Shown here: in pieces, positions 39,163 through 49,498 of the stretch | Layout of the letters: every line of letters starts with the position of its first letter | Numbering within the stretch: the stretch's first letter is position 1 | Assembly (NCBI GenBank): GCA_963706575.1 | Contig: CAVPNL010000004.1 | Location: 448,001-512,000, forward strand | Source: an uncultured delta proteobacterium | GTDB taxonomy: Bacteria > Desulfobacterota > Desulfobacteria > Desulfobacterales > JAHEIW01 | Length of the DNA stretch: 64,000 nucleotides | Direction: 5' to 3' | Made by a program: the position numbers and the translations under genes | Notes under the pieces: generated by a model | What the model saw: only the letters and a program-made list of their open reading frames with translations | What the model was told of the DNA's origin: nothing | Database searches by the model: none

Positions 39163-40169
39163 TGGCTATTCAAGTTGGCATAAATGGCTTCGGCCGTATC
39201 GGCCGGAGCGTATTTCGGATTATCAGTGATCGCGACGACATGGAAGTGGTTGCGATCAACGACTTGTTTGACAATGAGCAACTCGCCTACCTCCTCAAAT
39301 ATGATACCGTCATGGGCATTTTTGATAAGGCGGTAACTGCGGAATCAGACGCCATGACCGTCGACAATCACCGGGTGGTGATGACCGAGCATCGCGATCC
39401 GGCGCAGATCCCCTGGAAGGATTTAGGTGCTCAATTTGTGATTGAATCCACCGGTGTTTTCCGTACTCGCGAACCGCTGGAAAAACACATGGCAGCGGGC
39501 GCCGAAAAAGTGATTCTGACCGTACCGGCAAAAGAAGAAATTGACGCCACCATTGTGATCGGGGTCAACGACCAGGAACTGAAGCCGGAACACCGCATTG
39601 TTTCCAACGCATCCTGCACCACCAATTGCCTGGCACCGATCGCTAAGATCCTGGATGATGAGTTCGGCCTTGAAGAGGGTTTTATCACCACGGTGCACGC
39701 CTACACCAATGACCAGCGCCTGGCGGATGTGCCCCACAAGGATTTTCGCCGCAGCCGGGCGGCCGGTGAAAATATCATTCCGACAACCACCGGAGCAGCC
39801 AAGGCCGTCGGTAAAGTGTTGCCCCAGCTGAAGGGCAAACTGGATGGTTTGGCCATGCGGGTGCCGGTGCCGGACGGCTCGATCGTGGACCTTGTCTGCC
39901 GATTGGGCAAAAAAGCTTCCCGCAAAGATATCAATGCGGCGGTGCAGGAAGCCGCCAAAGGGCCGATGCAGCGTGTGGTCGAATACAGTGAGGCGCCGCT
40001 GGTATCCAGCGATATCATCGGCAACACCCATTCGAGCATCTTCGATGCCCTGTCGACCAGCTCCCAGGAAGACGGGTATGCCCGCATTGTTTCCTGGTAT
40101 GACAATGAGTGGGGCTACTCGAATCGGGTGGTGGATTTAATCAAGATGCTGGCAGCATTCGGCAAATAA
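39162..40169 (+). CDS. gap: Type I glyceraldehyde-3-phosphate dehydrogenase (copy 2, canonical)
   Basis: INGFGRIGR, SNASCTTNC, HAYTNDQ, IPTTTGAA, MRVPV, WYDNEWGY. Confidence 0.97.
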   Translation: MAIQVGINGFGRIGRSVFRIISDRDDMEVVAINDLFDNEQLAYLLKYDTVMGIFDKAVTAESDAMTVDNHRVVMTEHRDPAQIPWKDLGAQFVIESTGVFRTREPLEKHMAAGAEKVILTVPAKEEIDATIVIGVNDQELKPEHRIVSNASCTTNCLAPIAKILDDEFGLEEGFITTVHAYTNDQRLADVPHKDFRRSRAAGENIIPTTTGAAKAVGKVLPQLKGKLDGLAMRVPVPDGSIVDLVCRLGKKASRKDINAAVQEAAKGPMQRVVEYSEAPLVSSDIIGNTHSSIFDALSTSSQEDGYARIVSWYDNEWGYSNRVVDLIKMLAAFGK

Positions 40170-40194
40170 ACTGGCATCAAGTACATAGGTAAGC

Positions 40195-40360
40195 AGATTG
40201 CGGATTTTAGATTGCGGATTGCGGATTTAAAAACCTATTTCAGCCGGCTTTGCAAAGATTCTGAAATAGAGGCCCAGAGGCAATGAACGCCCACACCGAA
40301 TTATGAAGAAAAGAAGCATCAAATCAGCGAAAATCCGCAATCTGCAATCTAAAATCGTAA
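40195..40360. repeat. Inverted GGATTGC/CAATCCG heptamer pair, empty
   Basis: agattgc ggatttt agattgc ggattgc ggattt (40195-40228) and aaatccg caatctg caatcta aaatcgt (40331-40358). Confidence 0.9.
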
Positions 40361-40371
40361 GGGGGGATTGT

Positions 40372-41568
40372 ATGAACAAACTGACTGTTGAGGATTTAGA
40401 TCTAAAGGGCAAACGCGTTCTGATGCGGGTTGATTTCAATGTGCCGCTGGAAAACGGTAGAGTTGCCAACGACAAACGCATACGAGCCGCCCTGCCCACC
40501 ATTAAATATATCACCAACGCCGACGGCAAGCTTATCCTGATGTCCCACCTGGGGCGCCCCGAGGGCAAGCGGGTTCCCGAGCTGTCGCTGAAACCTTGTG
40601 TGGCAGTTCTCAGCGCTTTGCTTGGCAAAAAGGTGCGGTTTGTTGATGACTGCATCGGAGAAGCGGTTGAGGCTGCTGTCGAGTCCCTCGGCGAAGGGGA
40701 TATTCTTCTATTGGAAAACCTGCGATACTACCCGGAAGAAACAGAAAATGATCCGGATTTTGCCGCCAAACTGGCTCAATTGGGCGATGTTTATGTCAAT
40801 GATGCCTTTGGCACCGCCCACAGGGCCCATGCATCGACCGAGGGTGTCACCCATCATATACCTCAAAGCGCAGCCGGCTACCTGATGATGAAAGAACTCG
40901 ATTATCTGGGGGATGTTTTGGCAGACCCGGTGAAACCTTTTGTCGCCATTCTGGGTGGTGCCAAGATATCAGGTAAAATTGACATTATTTCCAATTTACT
41001 GCCCCGGGTCGACAATATCATCATTGGCGGGGGAATGGCATATACTTTTTTTAAGGCCCAGGGAAAAGAAATCGGAAAATCTCTGCTTGAAGAAGACAAA
41101 GTTGAGCTGGCCCAAAAACTGCTAGCACAGGGCGGTGCAAAAATCGTTCTGCCAGTTGACTGTATGGTTTCGGATACCTTTGATTTTAAAGCGCGTAAAG
41201 TCGGTGCTCTCAAGGTAGTTTTGGCGGATGCGATCGCTGACGATGAATTTAGCCTGGACATCGGGCCGCAATCGATTGAAAAATTTCGGTCCTTTATCAA
41301 TGCTGCCAAAACCATTGTCTGGAACGGCCCCATGGGGGTTTTTGAAATTGAAGACACCGCCAGAGGAACCTATGCCATCGCAAATGCCCTGGCGGAGGCT
41401 ACCGCCCGGGGTGCCACCACCGTTATCGGCGGCGGAGATTCCGCTTCGGCAATTCATAAAGCCGGTGTGGCCGACAACGTCTCCCACGTGTCAACCGGCG
41501 GGGGGGCGTCACTGGAGCTTATGGAGGGCAAGGTGCTGCCGGGAGTAGCGGCGCTTACTAATAAATGA
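40372..41568 (+). CDS. pgk: Phosphoglycerate kinase
   Basis: RVDFNVP, SHLGRP, LENLR, NDAFGTAHRAHAS, WNGPMGVFE, STGGGASL. Confidence 0.98.
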   Translation: MNKLTVEDLDLKGKRVLMRVDFNVPLENGRVANDKRIRAALPTIKYITNADGKLILMSHLGRPEGKRVPELSLKPCVAVLSALLGKKVRFVDDCIGEAVEAAVESLGEGDILLLENLRYYPEETENDPDFAAKLAQLGDVYVNDAFGTAHRAHASTEGVTHHIPQSAAGYLMMKELDYLGDVLADPVKPFVAILGGAKISGKIDIISNLLPRVDNIIIGGGMAYTFFKAQGKEIGKSLLEEDKVELAQKLLAQGGAKIVLPVDCMVSDTFDFKARKVGALKVVLADAIADDEFSLDIGPQSIEKFRSFINAAKTIVWNGPMGVFEIEDTARGTYAIANALAEATARGATTVIGGGDSASAIHKAGVADNVSHVSTGGGASLELMEGKVLPGVAALTNK

Positions 41569-41661
41569 TCTAAAATGCCTAAAGTGAACTAAAATGAGCT
41601 AAAATTAAAAAATATTGATCCGAAACTTTAGGCATTTTAGGCATTTTAAACTTTAGGCATT
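41562..41661. repeat. Inverted pair of 9/10-mer arrays (TAAAATGCC / GGCATTTTA), empty
   Basis: taaaatgcc taaagtgaac taaaatgagc taaaatt and aactttaggcattttaggcattttaaactttaggcatt. A second copy of this family is at 54241-54372. Confidence 0.88.
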
Positions 41662-41687
41662 CGCCGAAAACCACCAGGAGGCTTTTT

Positions 41688-42668
41688 ATGGCTGATATTG
41701 TACACTATAAAGAACTCGGTCTGGTAAACACTGAAAATATGTTTAAAAAGGCCATGGCAGGCGGCTACGCCATCCCGGCCTATAACTTTAACAACATGGA
41801 ACAGCTCCAGGGTATCATCATCGGGTGCGCAGAATCAAAATCACCGGTGATTTTACAGGTGTCCGGCAGTGCCCGAAAGTATGCCGACCCGATATTTCTG
41901 CCATATATGGCAATGGGAGCCGTTCAGATGGCAAAAGCGCTGGGCGCCGATATCCCTGTGGCCCTGCATCTGGATCACGGCGATACCTTTGAGCTGGCCA
42001 AATCCTGTATCGATTCGGGCTTTTCCTCGGTAATGCTTGACGGGTCCCACCACCCGTTAGAGGAAAATGCAGCGCTGACCCGGCAGGTCGTCGATTATGC
42101 CCATGAACGCGAGGTCACGGTCGAAGGGGAGCTGGGGGTACTGGCCGGAGTCGAAGATGAAGTCTCCCATGAAGTATCGCATTATACCAAACCGGAAGAA
42201 GTCGAAGCGTTCGTTGAAAAAACCGGCGTGGACAGCCTGGCCATTTCAATCGGCACCTCCCACGGTGCCTATAAGTTTAAAGTCAAATCCGGCGAAGAAG
42301 TCCCTCCCCTCCGATTTGATATATTGGAAGAAATCGCCAGACGCGTACCGGGTTTTCCTATCGTGCTGCACGGGGCCTCAGCCGTTGTTCCCGAATACGT
42401 CAAGATGATCAACGCATTTGGCGGTAAAATGGATGACGCGGTCGGGATCCCTGAAGAACAGTTGAGAAAAGCAGCCGGATCTGCGGTGTGTAAAATTAAT
42501 ATCGACAGTGACGGCCGGCTGGCCATGACGGCGATCATCCGCAAAGTATTCGCCGAAAACCCGGCTGAGTTCGACCCCCGCAAATACCTGGGACCGGCGC
42601 GGGAAGAGCTTGTCAAAATGGTAAAGTATAAGAATGAGAAGGTGCTCGGCAGTGCAGGTAAAACGTAG
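41688..42668 (+). CDS. fba: Class II fructose-1,6-bisphosphate aldolase
   Basis: AYNFNNME, LHLDHG, VEGELG, SIGTSHGAYKF, VLHGAS, KINIDSD. Confidence 0.96.
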   Translation: MADIVHYKELGLVNTENMFKKAMAGGYAIPAYNFNNMEQLQGIIIGCAESKSPVILQVSGSARKYADPIFLPYMAMGAVQMAKALGADIPVALHLDHGDTFELAKSCIDSGFSSVMLDGSHHPLEENAALTRQVVDYAHEREVTVEGELGVLAGVEDEVSHEVSHYTKPEEVEAFVEKTGVDSLAISIGTSHGAYKFKVKSGEEVPPLRFDILEEIARRVPGFPIVLHGASAVVPEYVKMINAFGGKMDDAVGIPEEQLRKAAGSAVCKINIDSDGRLAMTAIIRKVFAENPAEFDPRKYLGPAREELVKMVKYKNEKVLGSAGKT

Positions 42669-42670
42669 AT

Positions 42671-42746
42671 GATTTCGGAATGCGGATTTCGGATTTTGAA
42701 TGATCGATGTGTCTACTATTTCAATCTGAAATCTGAAATCCGGAAT
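42671..42746. repeat. Inverted GATTTCG/AAATCTG heptamer pair, empty
   Basis: gatttcg gaatgcg gatttcg gattttg aat and caatctg aaatctg aaatccg gaat. Confidence 0.85.
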
Positions 42747-42819
42747 TAATTTTTCTCCAATACTCCGGTTGAAACTGGATTAATGTATCTAAATTTTCGA
42801 TTAAATACAGGAGATCCCT

Positions 42820-44109
42820 GTGGATGAGAAAAATTTAAACTTTGATGTGGATCGATTGGGTGAATGCCGCGTGTCTTCCCCAATGTCCGGCGTGCAGTTT
42901 GTGGGTGAAGATGAACGTGTTCTTTATCATACCGACCCTCGCAAGATAGCGCCATTTTTTAAAGCGGGTCAACAGCCGCCTGCATTTGAACTCGCCGGGC
43001 CCCGCAATAAAATTTACTTCGATCCTTCCAAACTTAAATGCGGAATTGTGACCTGCGGGGGCCTCTGCCCGGGGCTAAACGATGTCATCCGCGCCATTGT
43101 CATGGGCCTGCATTACCATTACGGTGTCAAAACGGTATTTGGCTTCCCTTATGGTTACGAAGGTCTTTCCTATAAATATGGCCATGTACCGGTAGAACTG
43201 AACCCGGAAGTGGTTAACAATATTCACCAGATCGGCGGAACGATTCTGGGTTCATCCCGCGGGCCCCAGGATGTCTCGGAGATGGTGGATACCCTGGAAC
43301 GAATGAACATCGGTATTCTGTTTACCATTGGCGGTGATGGGACGCTGCGCGGTGCCCAGGCCATTGCCAAAGAAGTGGGTAAGCGCAATCTAAAGATTGG
43401 TGTTATCGGCGTCCCCAAAACAATTGACAACGATATCTCATTTACCGATCAATCCTTCGGTTTTGTTACCGCCGTATCCGAATCGAGAACTGCCATCTAT
43501 TCAGCCCACACAGAAGCCCAGGGAGCCCGGAACGGTATCGGTCTGGTAAAGCTGATGGGCCGCGAATCGGGTTTTATCGCCGCGTTTGCCTCCATCACTA
43601 ACGGGGATGTTAATTTCTGTCTGATCCCTGAAATACGCTTTACCCTGGAGTGTTTCCTCGAGGCTTTGAAAGAGCGACTGGAAAATAGAAGGCATGCGGT
43701 TGTCGTGGTGGGCGAAGGCGCCGGCCAGGATTTAATTGAAGCCACCGGTGAACGGGATGAATCCGGCAACATCCGTTTTAGTGATATCGGTCTTTTTCTT
43801 AAAGACCGGATTCCGGCCTATTTTAAAAATAAAAAAATGGATGTGACTTTGAAATACATCGATCCCAGCTACACCATCCGGAGCATGCCGGCAAATCCGC
43901 ATGACTCCGGATTTTGTTTGCTGCTGGGCCATAATGCGGTGCATGCCGGGATGTGCGGAAAAACGAATATGGTGGTCGGCCACTGGAACAACGAATTTAC
44001 ATATGTGCCGATTCCTCTGGCGGTATCCCAACGCAAGCAAATCGATCCGCATGGTAGATTGTGGAGCAATGTGCTTTCATGCACCGGCCAGCCCAAGGAA
44101 CTGGTGTGA
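42820..44109 (+). CDS. pfkA: ATP-dependent 6-phosphofructokinase (clade X-like)
   Basis: IVTCGGLCPGLND, GGTILGSSRG, GGDGT (Gly at the ATP-specificity position), PKTIDND, KLMGR, LKYIDPSY. Confidence 0.93.
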   Translation: MDEKNLNFDVDRLGECRVSSPMSGVQFVGEDERVLYHTDPRKIAPFFKAGQQPPAFELAGPRNKIYFDPSKLKCGIVTCGGLCPGLNDVIRAIVMGLHYHYGVKTVFGFPYGYEGLSYKYGHVPVELNPEVVNNIHQIGGTILGSSRGPQDVSEMVDTLERMNIGILFTIGGDGTLRGAQAIAKEVGKRNLKIGVIGVPKTIDNDISFTDQSFGFVTAVSESRTAIYSAHTEAQGARNGIGLVKLMGRESGFIAAFASITNGDVNFCLIPEIRFTLECFLEALKERLENRRHAVVVVGEGAGQDLIEATGERDESGNIRFSDIGLFLKDRIPAYFKNKKMDVTLKYIDPSYTIRSMPANPHDSGFCLLLGHNAVHAGMCGKTNMVVGHWNNEFTYVPIPLAVSQRKQIDPHGRLWSNVLSCTGQPKELV

Positions 44110-44177
44110 ATCGAATGTTGAATTCGGAATGTGGATTTCGGAATTAAGAATACAAAACACACTCGCAAAAGGAGCTG

Positions 44178-45473
44178 ATGATGCCTGATATTCGAACCGG
44201 GGAAAAAGTTAAAAATGTCGGTTTTATTTCCACCCGAATCGCCGGCACGGATGGGGTGTCGCTGGAGCTTGAAAAATGGGCGGATGTCTTCAAAAAATTT
44301 GGCTGGACGAGTTTTTATTTTGCCGGTGAATTAGACCGGCCGCCGGAGCGATCCTACCTGGTTGAAGAAGCCCATTTTACCCATCCTGAAATAAAGGCGA
44401 TTCATAACAAAGTATTCGGTGTAACGACTCGTGAGCGCGCAGTCTCTAAGAAAATTTATCAACTGGCCATAAAACTAAAAGACGATTTATACGACTTTGT
44501 CAAAAAATTCGACATCGATCTGATTATTCCGCAAAACGCGCTGACGATTCCGCTGAACATCCCCCTGGGAATTGCTCTGACAGAATTTATCGCCGAGACC
44601 CATATCCGCACCATCGCACATCATCATGATTTTTACTGGGAACGCGACCGCTTTATGGTGAACGCCGTGTCGGATTATTTAAGAATGGCCTTTCCACCGG
44701 TGTTGCCATCCATCGATCATGTAGTGATTAACTCGGTGGCTGATATCGAGTTGAGTTTGCGCACCGGTATTTCAAGTCATGTTATTTACAATGTCATGGA
44801 TTTTGACAATCCACCGCCGCCACCTGACGAATATACATTCGATGTGAGGCAGGCCCTGGGTATCGCAGACGATGAGCTTTTTGTTTTGCAGCCCACCCGC
44901 GTGGTTCAGCGCAAGGGAATCGAGCATGCGATTGAATTGGTTCACCGGCTGGGCCGCAAAGCCAAACTGGTAATTTCGCATGCCTCCGGTGATGAAGGCT
45001 ATGACTATGAGCAGCGACTGAAAGAATATTCCAAACTGATGAACGTCAATACGATTTTCGTTTCCGACATCATCAACGAGGAAAGAGGCACCACACCGGA
45101 CGGCAGGAAAATTTACACCCTGGAAGACATTTACCCCTATGCGGATCTGGTCACCTACCCTTCGTCTTTTGAAGGATTTGGCAACGCCTTTTTGGAAACA
45201 CTCTATTTTAAAAAACCGATCGTCGTGAATACCTATTCAATTTATCTCAAAGATATTCAGCCCAAAGGATTCAAGGTTATTGAAATTGACGGTTACGTTA
45301 CCGATAAAGCAGTTGAGCATACCAAACAGATATTGGACAACCCGGATCTTCGCCAAGAAATGGTTGACCACGATTATGCGTTGGCCAAAGAATATTTTTC
45401 TTACACGGTTCTAGAACGTATACTCAGACATTATATGATCGAACACAATTGGCTGGCACCTGATCAATGTTAG
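44178..45473 (+). CDS. Glycosyltransferase family 4, mannosylglucosylglycerate synthase (MggS)-like
   Basis: RIAGTDGVSLELEKW, IAHHHDFYWER, QPTRVVQRKGIE, PSSFEGFGNAFLE. Confidence 0.82.
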   Translation: MMPDIRTGEKVKNVGFISTRIAGTDGVSLELEKWADVFKKFGWTSFYFAGELDRPPERSYLVEEAHFTHPEIKAIHNKVFGVTTRERAVSKKIYQLAIKLKDDLYDFVKKFDIDLIIPQNALTIPLNIPLGIALTEFIAETHIRTIAHHHDFYWERDRFMVNAVSDYLRMAFPPVLPSIDHVVINSVADIELSLRTGISSHVIYNVMDFDNPPPPPDEYTFDVRQALGIADDELFVLQPTRVVQRKGIEHAIELVHRLGRKAKLVISHASGDEGYDYEQRLKEYSKLMNVNTIFVSDIINEERGTTPDGRKIYTLEDIYPYADLVTYPSSFEGFGNAFLETLYFKKPIVVNTYSIYLKDIQPKGFKVIEIDGYVTDKAVEHTKQILDNPDLRQEMVDHDYALAKEYFSYTVLERILRHYMIEHNWLAPDQC

Positions 45474-45486
45474 CGGGAGAGGGAAA

Positions 45487-47190
45487 ATGGAACGCATGGA
45501 TAAAGTAAAAGACCTGCTTAAGAAAATATATGGGGAAAAAGCCGGTGGGCAGGCGTTTGAGCGACTCACATCGATAATTGAAAAATATGCGGTTCAAAAA
45601 CGTAAAAAAGAAACCTACTTCTCCCAGGAAGATGTAGTGCTGATCACCTATGGAGATTCATTGAGGAAAAATGGAGAAGCGCCTCTGACGACCTTGCATG
45701 AATTTGCCAACCAGTACCTGAAAGGGGCCATCTCCAACGTTCACTTCCTGCCCTTTTTTCCTTATTCCTCAGATGACGGTTTCTCGGTTATGGACTTTTT
45801 TGAGATCGATCCCGCACTGGGCTCCTGGCAAGAAGTGGCCGCCATCTGGCAGGACTTTGAACTGATGTTTGACTATGTGGTCAACCATTATTCATCAAAG
45901 GGTCAATGGTTCCAGAGCTATCTGGAGGGCAAAGACGGATTTGAAGCCTTTGCCATGGAAGTCGATCCCGCAACCGATTTGTCGATGGTCACCCGGCCCA
46001 GATCCCTGCCGCTTTTATCGGAGTACAAAAAAAAGGATGGTCGAACGGTCCATCTGTGGACCACTTTCAGTGCCGATCAAATCGATTTTAATTTTAAAAG
46101 CCTGGACGTGCTCGAGAAAATGATCGATGTTCTGCTGTTTTATGCCGATCGGGGCGCGACTATTTTACGGCTGGATGCCATCGCCTATTTATGGAAAGAA
46201 ATCGGCACCAGCTGCATTCACCTGTCTCAAACCCATGATATGGTAAAACTTTTCCGGGCCGTATTGGATCTGGTGGCCCCGGACGTGATCATTTTAACGG
46301 AAACCAATGTTCCCCATGATGAAAATATCAGCTATTTTGGAGACGGCCGCGATGAGGCCCAGATGGTCTATAATTTTACCCTGCCGCCGCTGTTGTTTTA
46401 TTCAATGGTAAAAGAAGATGCCACCGTCCTGTCGCAATGGGCCAAAGGTCTTTATCTGGAATCTGCAAACAATACGTTTTTTAACTTCACGGCCTCCCAT
46501 GACGGTATCGGTGTCCGGCCCCTGGAGGGTATTTTAGACCCCGCAGAACTGGATGGGTTGATTGAAATCGTGAAAGCCAACGCGGGGCAGGTTTCTTACA
46601 AACAAAATCCTGATGGTTCTGAAAGCCCCTATGAATTAAACATTACCTATGTGGACGCCATTCTGGCGGACACATCCTCGACCCGGGCAAATAAATTTCT
46701 GGCCTCCCAGTCCATTCAATATGCCCTGCCGGGTGTACCGGCGACCTATATCCACAGCCTGCTGGGCTCACGCAACTGGGTGGAAGGGATCAAGCAAACC
46801 GGCAGAGCCCGCACCATCAACCGTGAAAAACTGCCGGTAGATAAACTCATTTCAGAATTAAATGATCCGGATTCCTTTCGCGCGCGGGTTTTTTTCCCGT
46901 ATCTGAATTTAATCAAAACCCGCAAAAAACAGAGCGCCTTTCACCCCAATGCCGGGTTTGAGATTCTGGAGCTGGATCCGAAAGTTTTCGGGATCAAACG
47001 ATACAGTAAAAACCAGACAATTTACGCCCTCAGCAACATTTCATCCAAACCCATTGCCATTTCTCTTGCGGGAACGGCATCAGCCGATCAAACAACCGAT
47101 TTAATTACCGGCGAAACGGTAAACACAGCGGCATTTGATCTAAATCCCTATCAGTACATGTGGCTTGAAGAAAAAGGCGAAAAGATCTAA
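45487..47190 (+). CDS. GH13_18 sugar phosphorylase, probably glucosylglycerate phosphorylase
   Basis: LITYGD, PYSSDDGFSV, WTTFSADQID, RLDAIAYLWK, TETNVPH, ASHDGIGVRP, SPYELNITY (YcjM/GGaP-type loop). Confidence 0.85.
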   Translation: MERMDKVKDLLKKIYGEKAGGQAFERLTSIIEKYAVQKRKKETYFSQEDVVLITYGDSLRKNGEAPLTTLHEFANQYLKGAISNVHFLPFFPYSSDDGFSVMDFFEIDPALGSWQEVAAIWQDFELMFDYVVNHYSSKGQWFQSYLEGKDGFEAFAMEVDPATDLSMVTRPRSLPLLSEYKKKDGRTVHLWTTFSADQIDFNFKSLDVLEKMIDVLLFYADRGATILRLDAIAYLWKEIGTSCIHLSQTHDMVKLFRAVLDLVAPDVIILTETNVPHDENISYFGDGRDEAQMVYNFTLPPLLFYSMVKEDATVLSQWAKGLYLESANNTFFNFTASHDGIGVRPLEGILDPAELDGLIEIVKANAGQVSYKQNPDGSESPYELNITYVDAILADTSSTRANKFLASQSIQYALPGVPATYIHSLLGSRNWVEGIKQTGRARTINREKLPVDKLISELNDPDSFRARVFFPYLNLIKTRKKQSAFHPNAGFEILELDPKVFGIKRYSKNQTIYALSNISSKPIAISLAGTASADQTTDLITGETVNTAAFDLNPYQYMWLEEKGEKI

Positions 47191-47247
47191 ACTTGAAACG
47201 ATACTCTGAACGCTATCTGACTTGTCAAAATTAGAGGTGGGCAACAA

Positions 47248-49386
47248 ATGAATACCAAAACATGGACTGCAAAAGCAAAAGACGGTTTCAACACTTTAGA
47301 TGTCTCGCAAAAGTATATTAACTCCGCCCTGAAATGGCTGGATGTCTGGTTAACCGATCCAGCCTTCAGCGAATATGTTCCTCAGATTCAATATTTAATC
47401 GAAAGCGGCAAATGGAATTTTTTGCTGGATTCCTTTTACCAGGTCATTCCTTTTGGCACCGGCGGCCGCAGGGGTCTGGTCGGTATCGGACCCAATCGGA
47501 TAAATTCCTGGACGATACAGGCATCCGCCCAGGGCCACTCGCAATACCTGACCAAGGTCTTCGGGGAGGAAGCCAAAAAACGGGGCGTGGTTCTCACATA
47601 TGATGTGCGCAAATATGCCCAAAAAGGCGCCTATGATGATTCGGCGCCCAATCCCGTCATGGGCTTAGACGGCAGGAAGCTCGCCAGAGCCGCGGCCGAG
47701 GTTTACGCCGCCAATCATATCAAAGTGTATATGTACGCTGAGGCCCGAAGCACACCGCAACTTTCCTTTACCATTCGCCATCTAAACGCAATTTCAGGTG
47801 ATATGTTTAGTGCCAGCCACAATCTACCGACCGATAACGGTAAAAAGGTCTATGATCAGTACGGCGGGCAGCTCATTCCACCTGATGATCAAAACCTGGT
47901 GGATGAAGTCACCCAGAATGTCAAGGAAATAAAAACGGTTGATTTTGATCAGGCCAGAGCCGGTGGGCTCATCGAGCTTATCGGCAAAGAAGTCGATGAA
48001 GCCTATTATAATGCCGTATGCCCGGTATCCCTTTCCGAGGAACGAGATTTAAAGATCGTTTATTCTCCCCTGCACGGGACCGGCCTGACATCGGTCGATC
48101 CGATATTTAAAAAGCTGGGTTTTGACGTCACCCTCGATCCGGCAACTTCGAACTTAAGCGGAGCGTTTGAAAACGTAACTTTCAATATACCCAATCCGGA
48201 AGTCGTCGAATCCTTTGACACCTCGCTGCCGTTTGCCGAAGAAATGGATGCCGATATTTTGATCAGTACCGATCCGGATGCGGATCGAATCGGCGTAATG
48301 CTCAAACACAACGGCTCCTGGGAGTTTTTAAGCGGCAATGAAATCGGAATCATCCTGACCCAGTATGCCATTTCAAAATATAAGGCACGCGGCCAACTCA
48401 ACCCGGAAAATATCATCATCAAAACCGATGTCACCACTTCATTGATTCAAAAAATCGCCGATGAAAATAAGGTCCAATGTATCGGCAATTTGCTGGTCGG
48501 GTTCAAATATATCGGCGATCTGATGAATAAAATCGAAAGTGAAAACAAAATCGAGCACTTTATCCTCGGTACCGAAGAAAGCCATGGGTACCTGATGGGC
48601 AATTATGCCCGGGACAAGGATGCCGCCTGTGCGGCGGTGTGGATATCCGAACACGCGGCTGAACTCAAAAAGAAAAATAAAACGCTATTGGATGACCTGG
48701 CCGAAATCTATGCCAAATACGGCTATTGTCATAATTATTTAACCGAAATCAGATTATTGGGCGCCAAGGGCATGGAGCAAATTATGTTCATTATGAATCA
48801 TCTGCGGGATACCCGGATTGATTCGTTTGGTGATTTCAAGGTTCGGCATAAAATTGACCGCCGCGACGGTGAACCGCAACCGCACCTGTCGCGCACCGAC
48901 TCATCGGCACGCAACATGCTGATCTACTACATGGAAGATACCCCGGATACAACCGGCATGCGAATGACGGTACGGCCGTCCGGCACGGAGCCGAAAATTA
49001 AAATGTACTTCGAAGTGTTCGGGAAACCATTTAAATTGGACAATATCGATTCGGAAAAAGATAAAGTCTGCAAAATCCGTGAAGACCTGGAAAAAAGTGT
49101 CATGCAATATTGCTATCAACTGCTGGATGTCGACTTCCCGGACAGAGGTTTTTTGCTGTTCTGGCAGCTGCCGCTCAATGATAAATTAAAATATTTCGAA
49201 ATTGAAGAAGAAATCACCCGTCTGAAAAGCGTTTCCGACGAAAAAGAACGCAAAGAAAAATTATTTGCGCTATTGGAATTTCTGGGCGCCAATCCGATCG
49301 AAAAAATAAATAAGGCGTTCCAGGAGAAGTATCAAAGCGGGTATATTGGAATACCTCGAGTTGTCTTAAGCCGACCAGGCACATAA
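47248..49386 (+). CDS. Phosphoglucomutase/phosphomannomutase family protein
   Basis: FGTGGRRG, SASHN, DPDADR, GTEESHG, RPSGTEPKIK; extra C-terminal segment. Confidence 0.93.
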   Translation: MNTKTWTAKAKDGFNTLDVSQKYINSALKWLDVWLTDPAFSEYVPQIQYLIESGKWNFLLDSFYQVIPFGTGGRRGLVGIGPNRINSWTIQASAQGHSQYLTKVFGEEAKKRGVVLTYDVRKYAQKGAYDDSAPNPVMGLDGRKLARAAAEVYAANHIKVYMYAEARSTPQLSFTIRHLNAISGDMFSASHNLPTDNGKKVYDQYGGQLIPPDDQNLVDEVTQNVKEIKTVDFDQARAGGLIELIGKEVDEAYYNAVCPVSLSEERDLKIVYSPLHGTGLTSVDPIFKKLGFDVTLDPATSNLSGAFENVTFNIPNPEVVESFDTSLPFAEEMDADILISTDPDADRIGVMLKHNGSWEFLSGNEIGIILTQYAISKYKARGQLNPENIIIKTDVTTSLIQKIADENKVQCIGNLLVGFKYIGDLMNKIESENKIEHFILGTEESHGYLMGNYARDKDAACAAVWISEHAAELKKKNKTLLDDLAEIYAKYGYCHNYLTEIRLLGAKGMEQIMFIMNHLRDTRIDSFGDFKVRHKIDRRDGEPQPHLSRTDSSARNMLIYYMEDTPDTTGMRMTVRPSGTEPKIKMYFEVFGKPFKLDNIDSEKDKVCKIREDLEKSVMQYCYQLLDVDFPDRGFLLFWQLPLNDKLKYFEIEEEITRLKSVSDEKERKEKLFALLEFLGANPIEKINKAFQEKYQSGYIGIPRVVLSRPGT

Positions 49387-49391
49387 TTATC

Positions 49392-49486
49392 AATTGCGGA
49401 TTGCAGATTTCGGATTGCGGATTTAAAGATCAGAAATTTATGCATTATTTCAAACAATCCGCATTCCGCAATCCGAAATCTAAAAT
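49392..49486. repeat. Inverted GATTGCG/CAATCCG heptamer pair, empty
   Basis: aattgcg gattgca gatttcg gattgcg gattt (49392-49424) and caatccg cattccg caatccg aaatcta aaat (49455-49486). Confidence 0.92.
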
Positions 49487-49498
49487 ATGAGGAACCCC

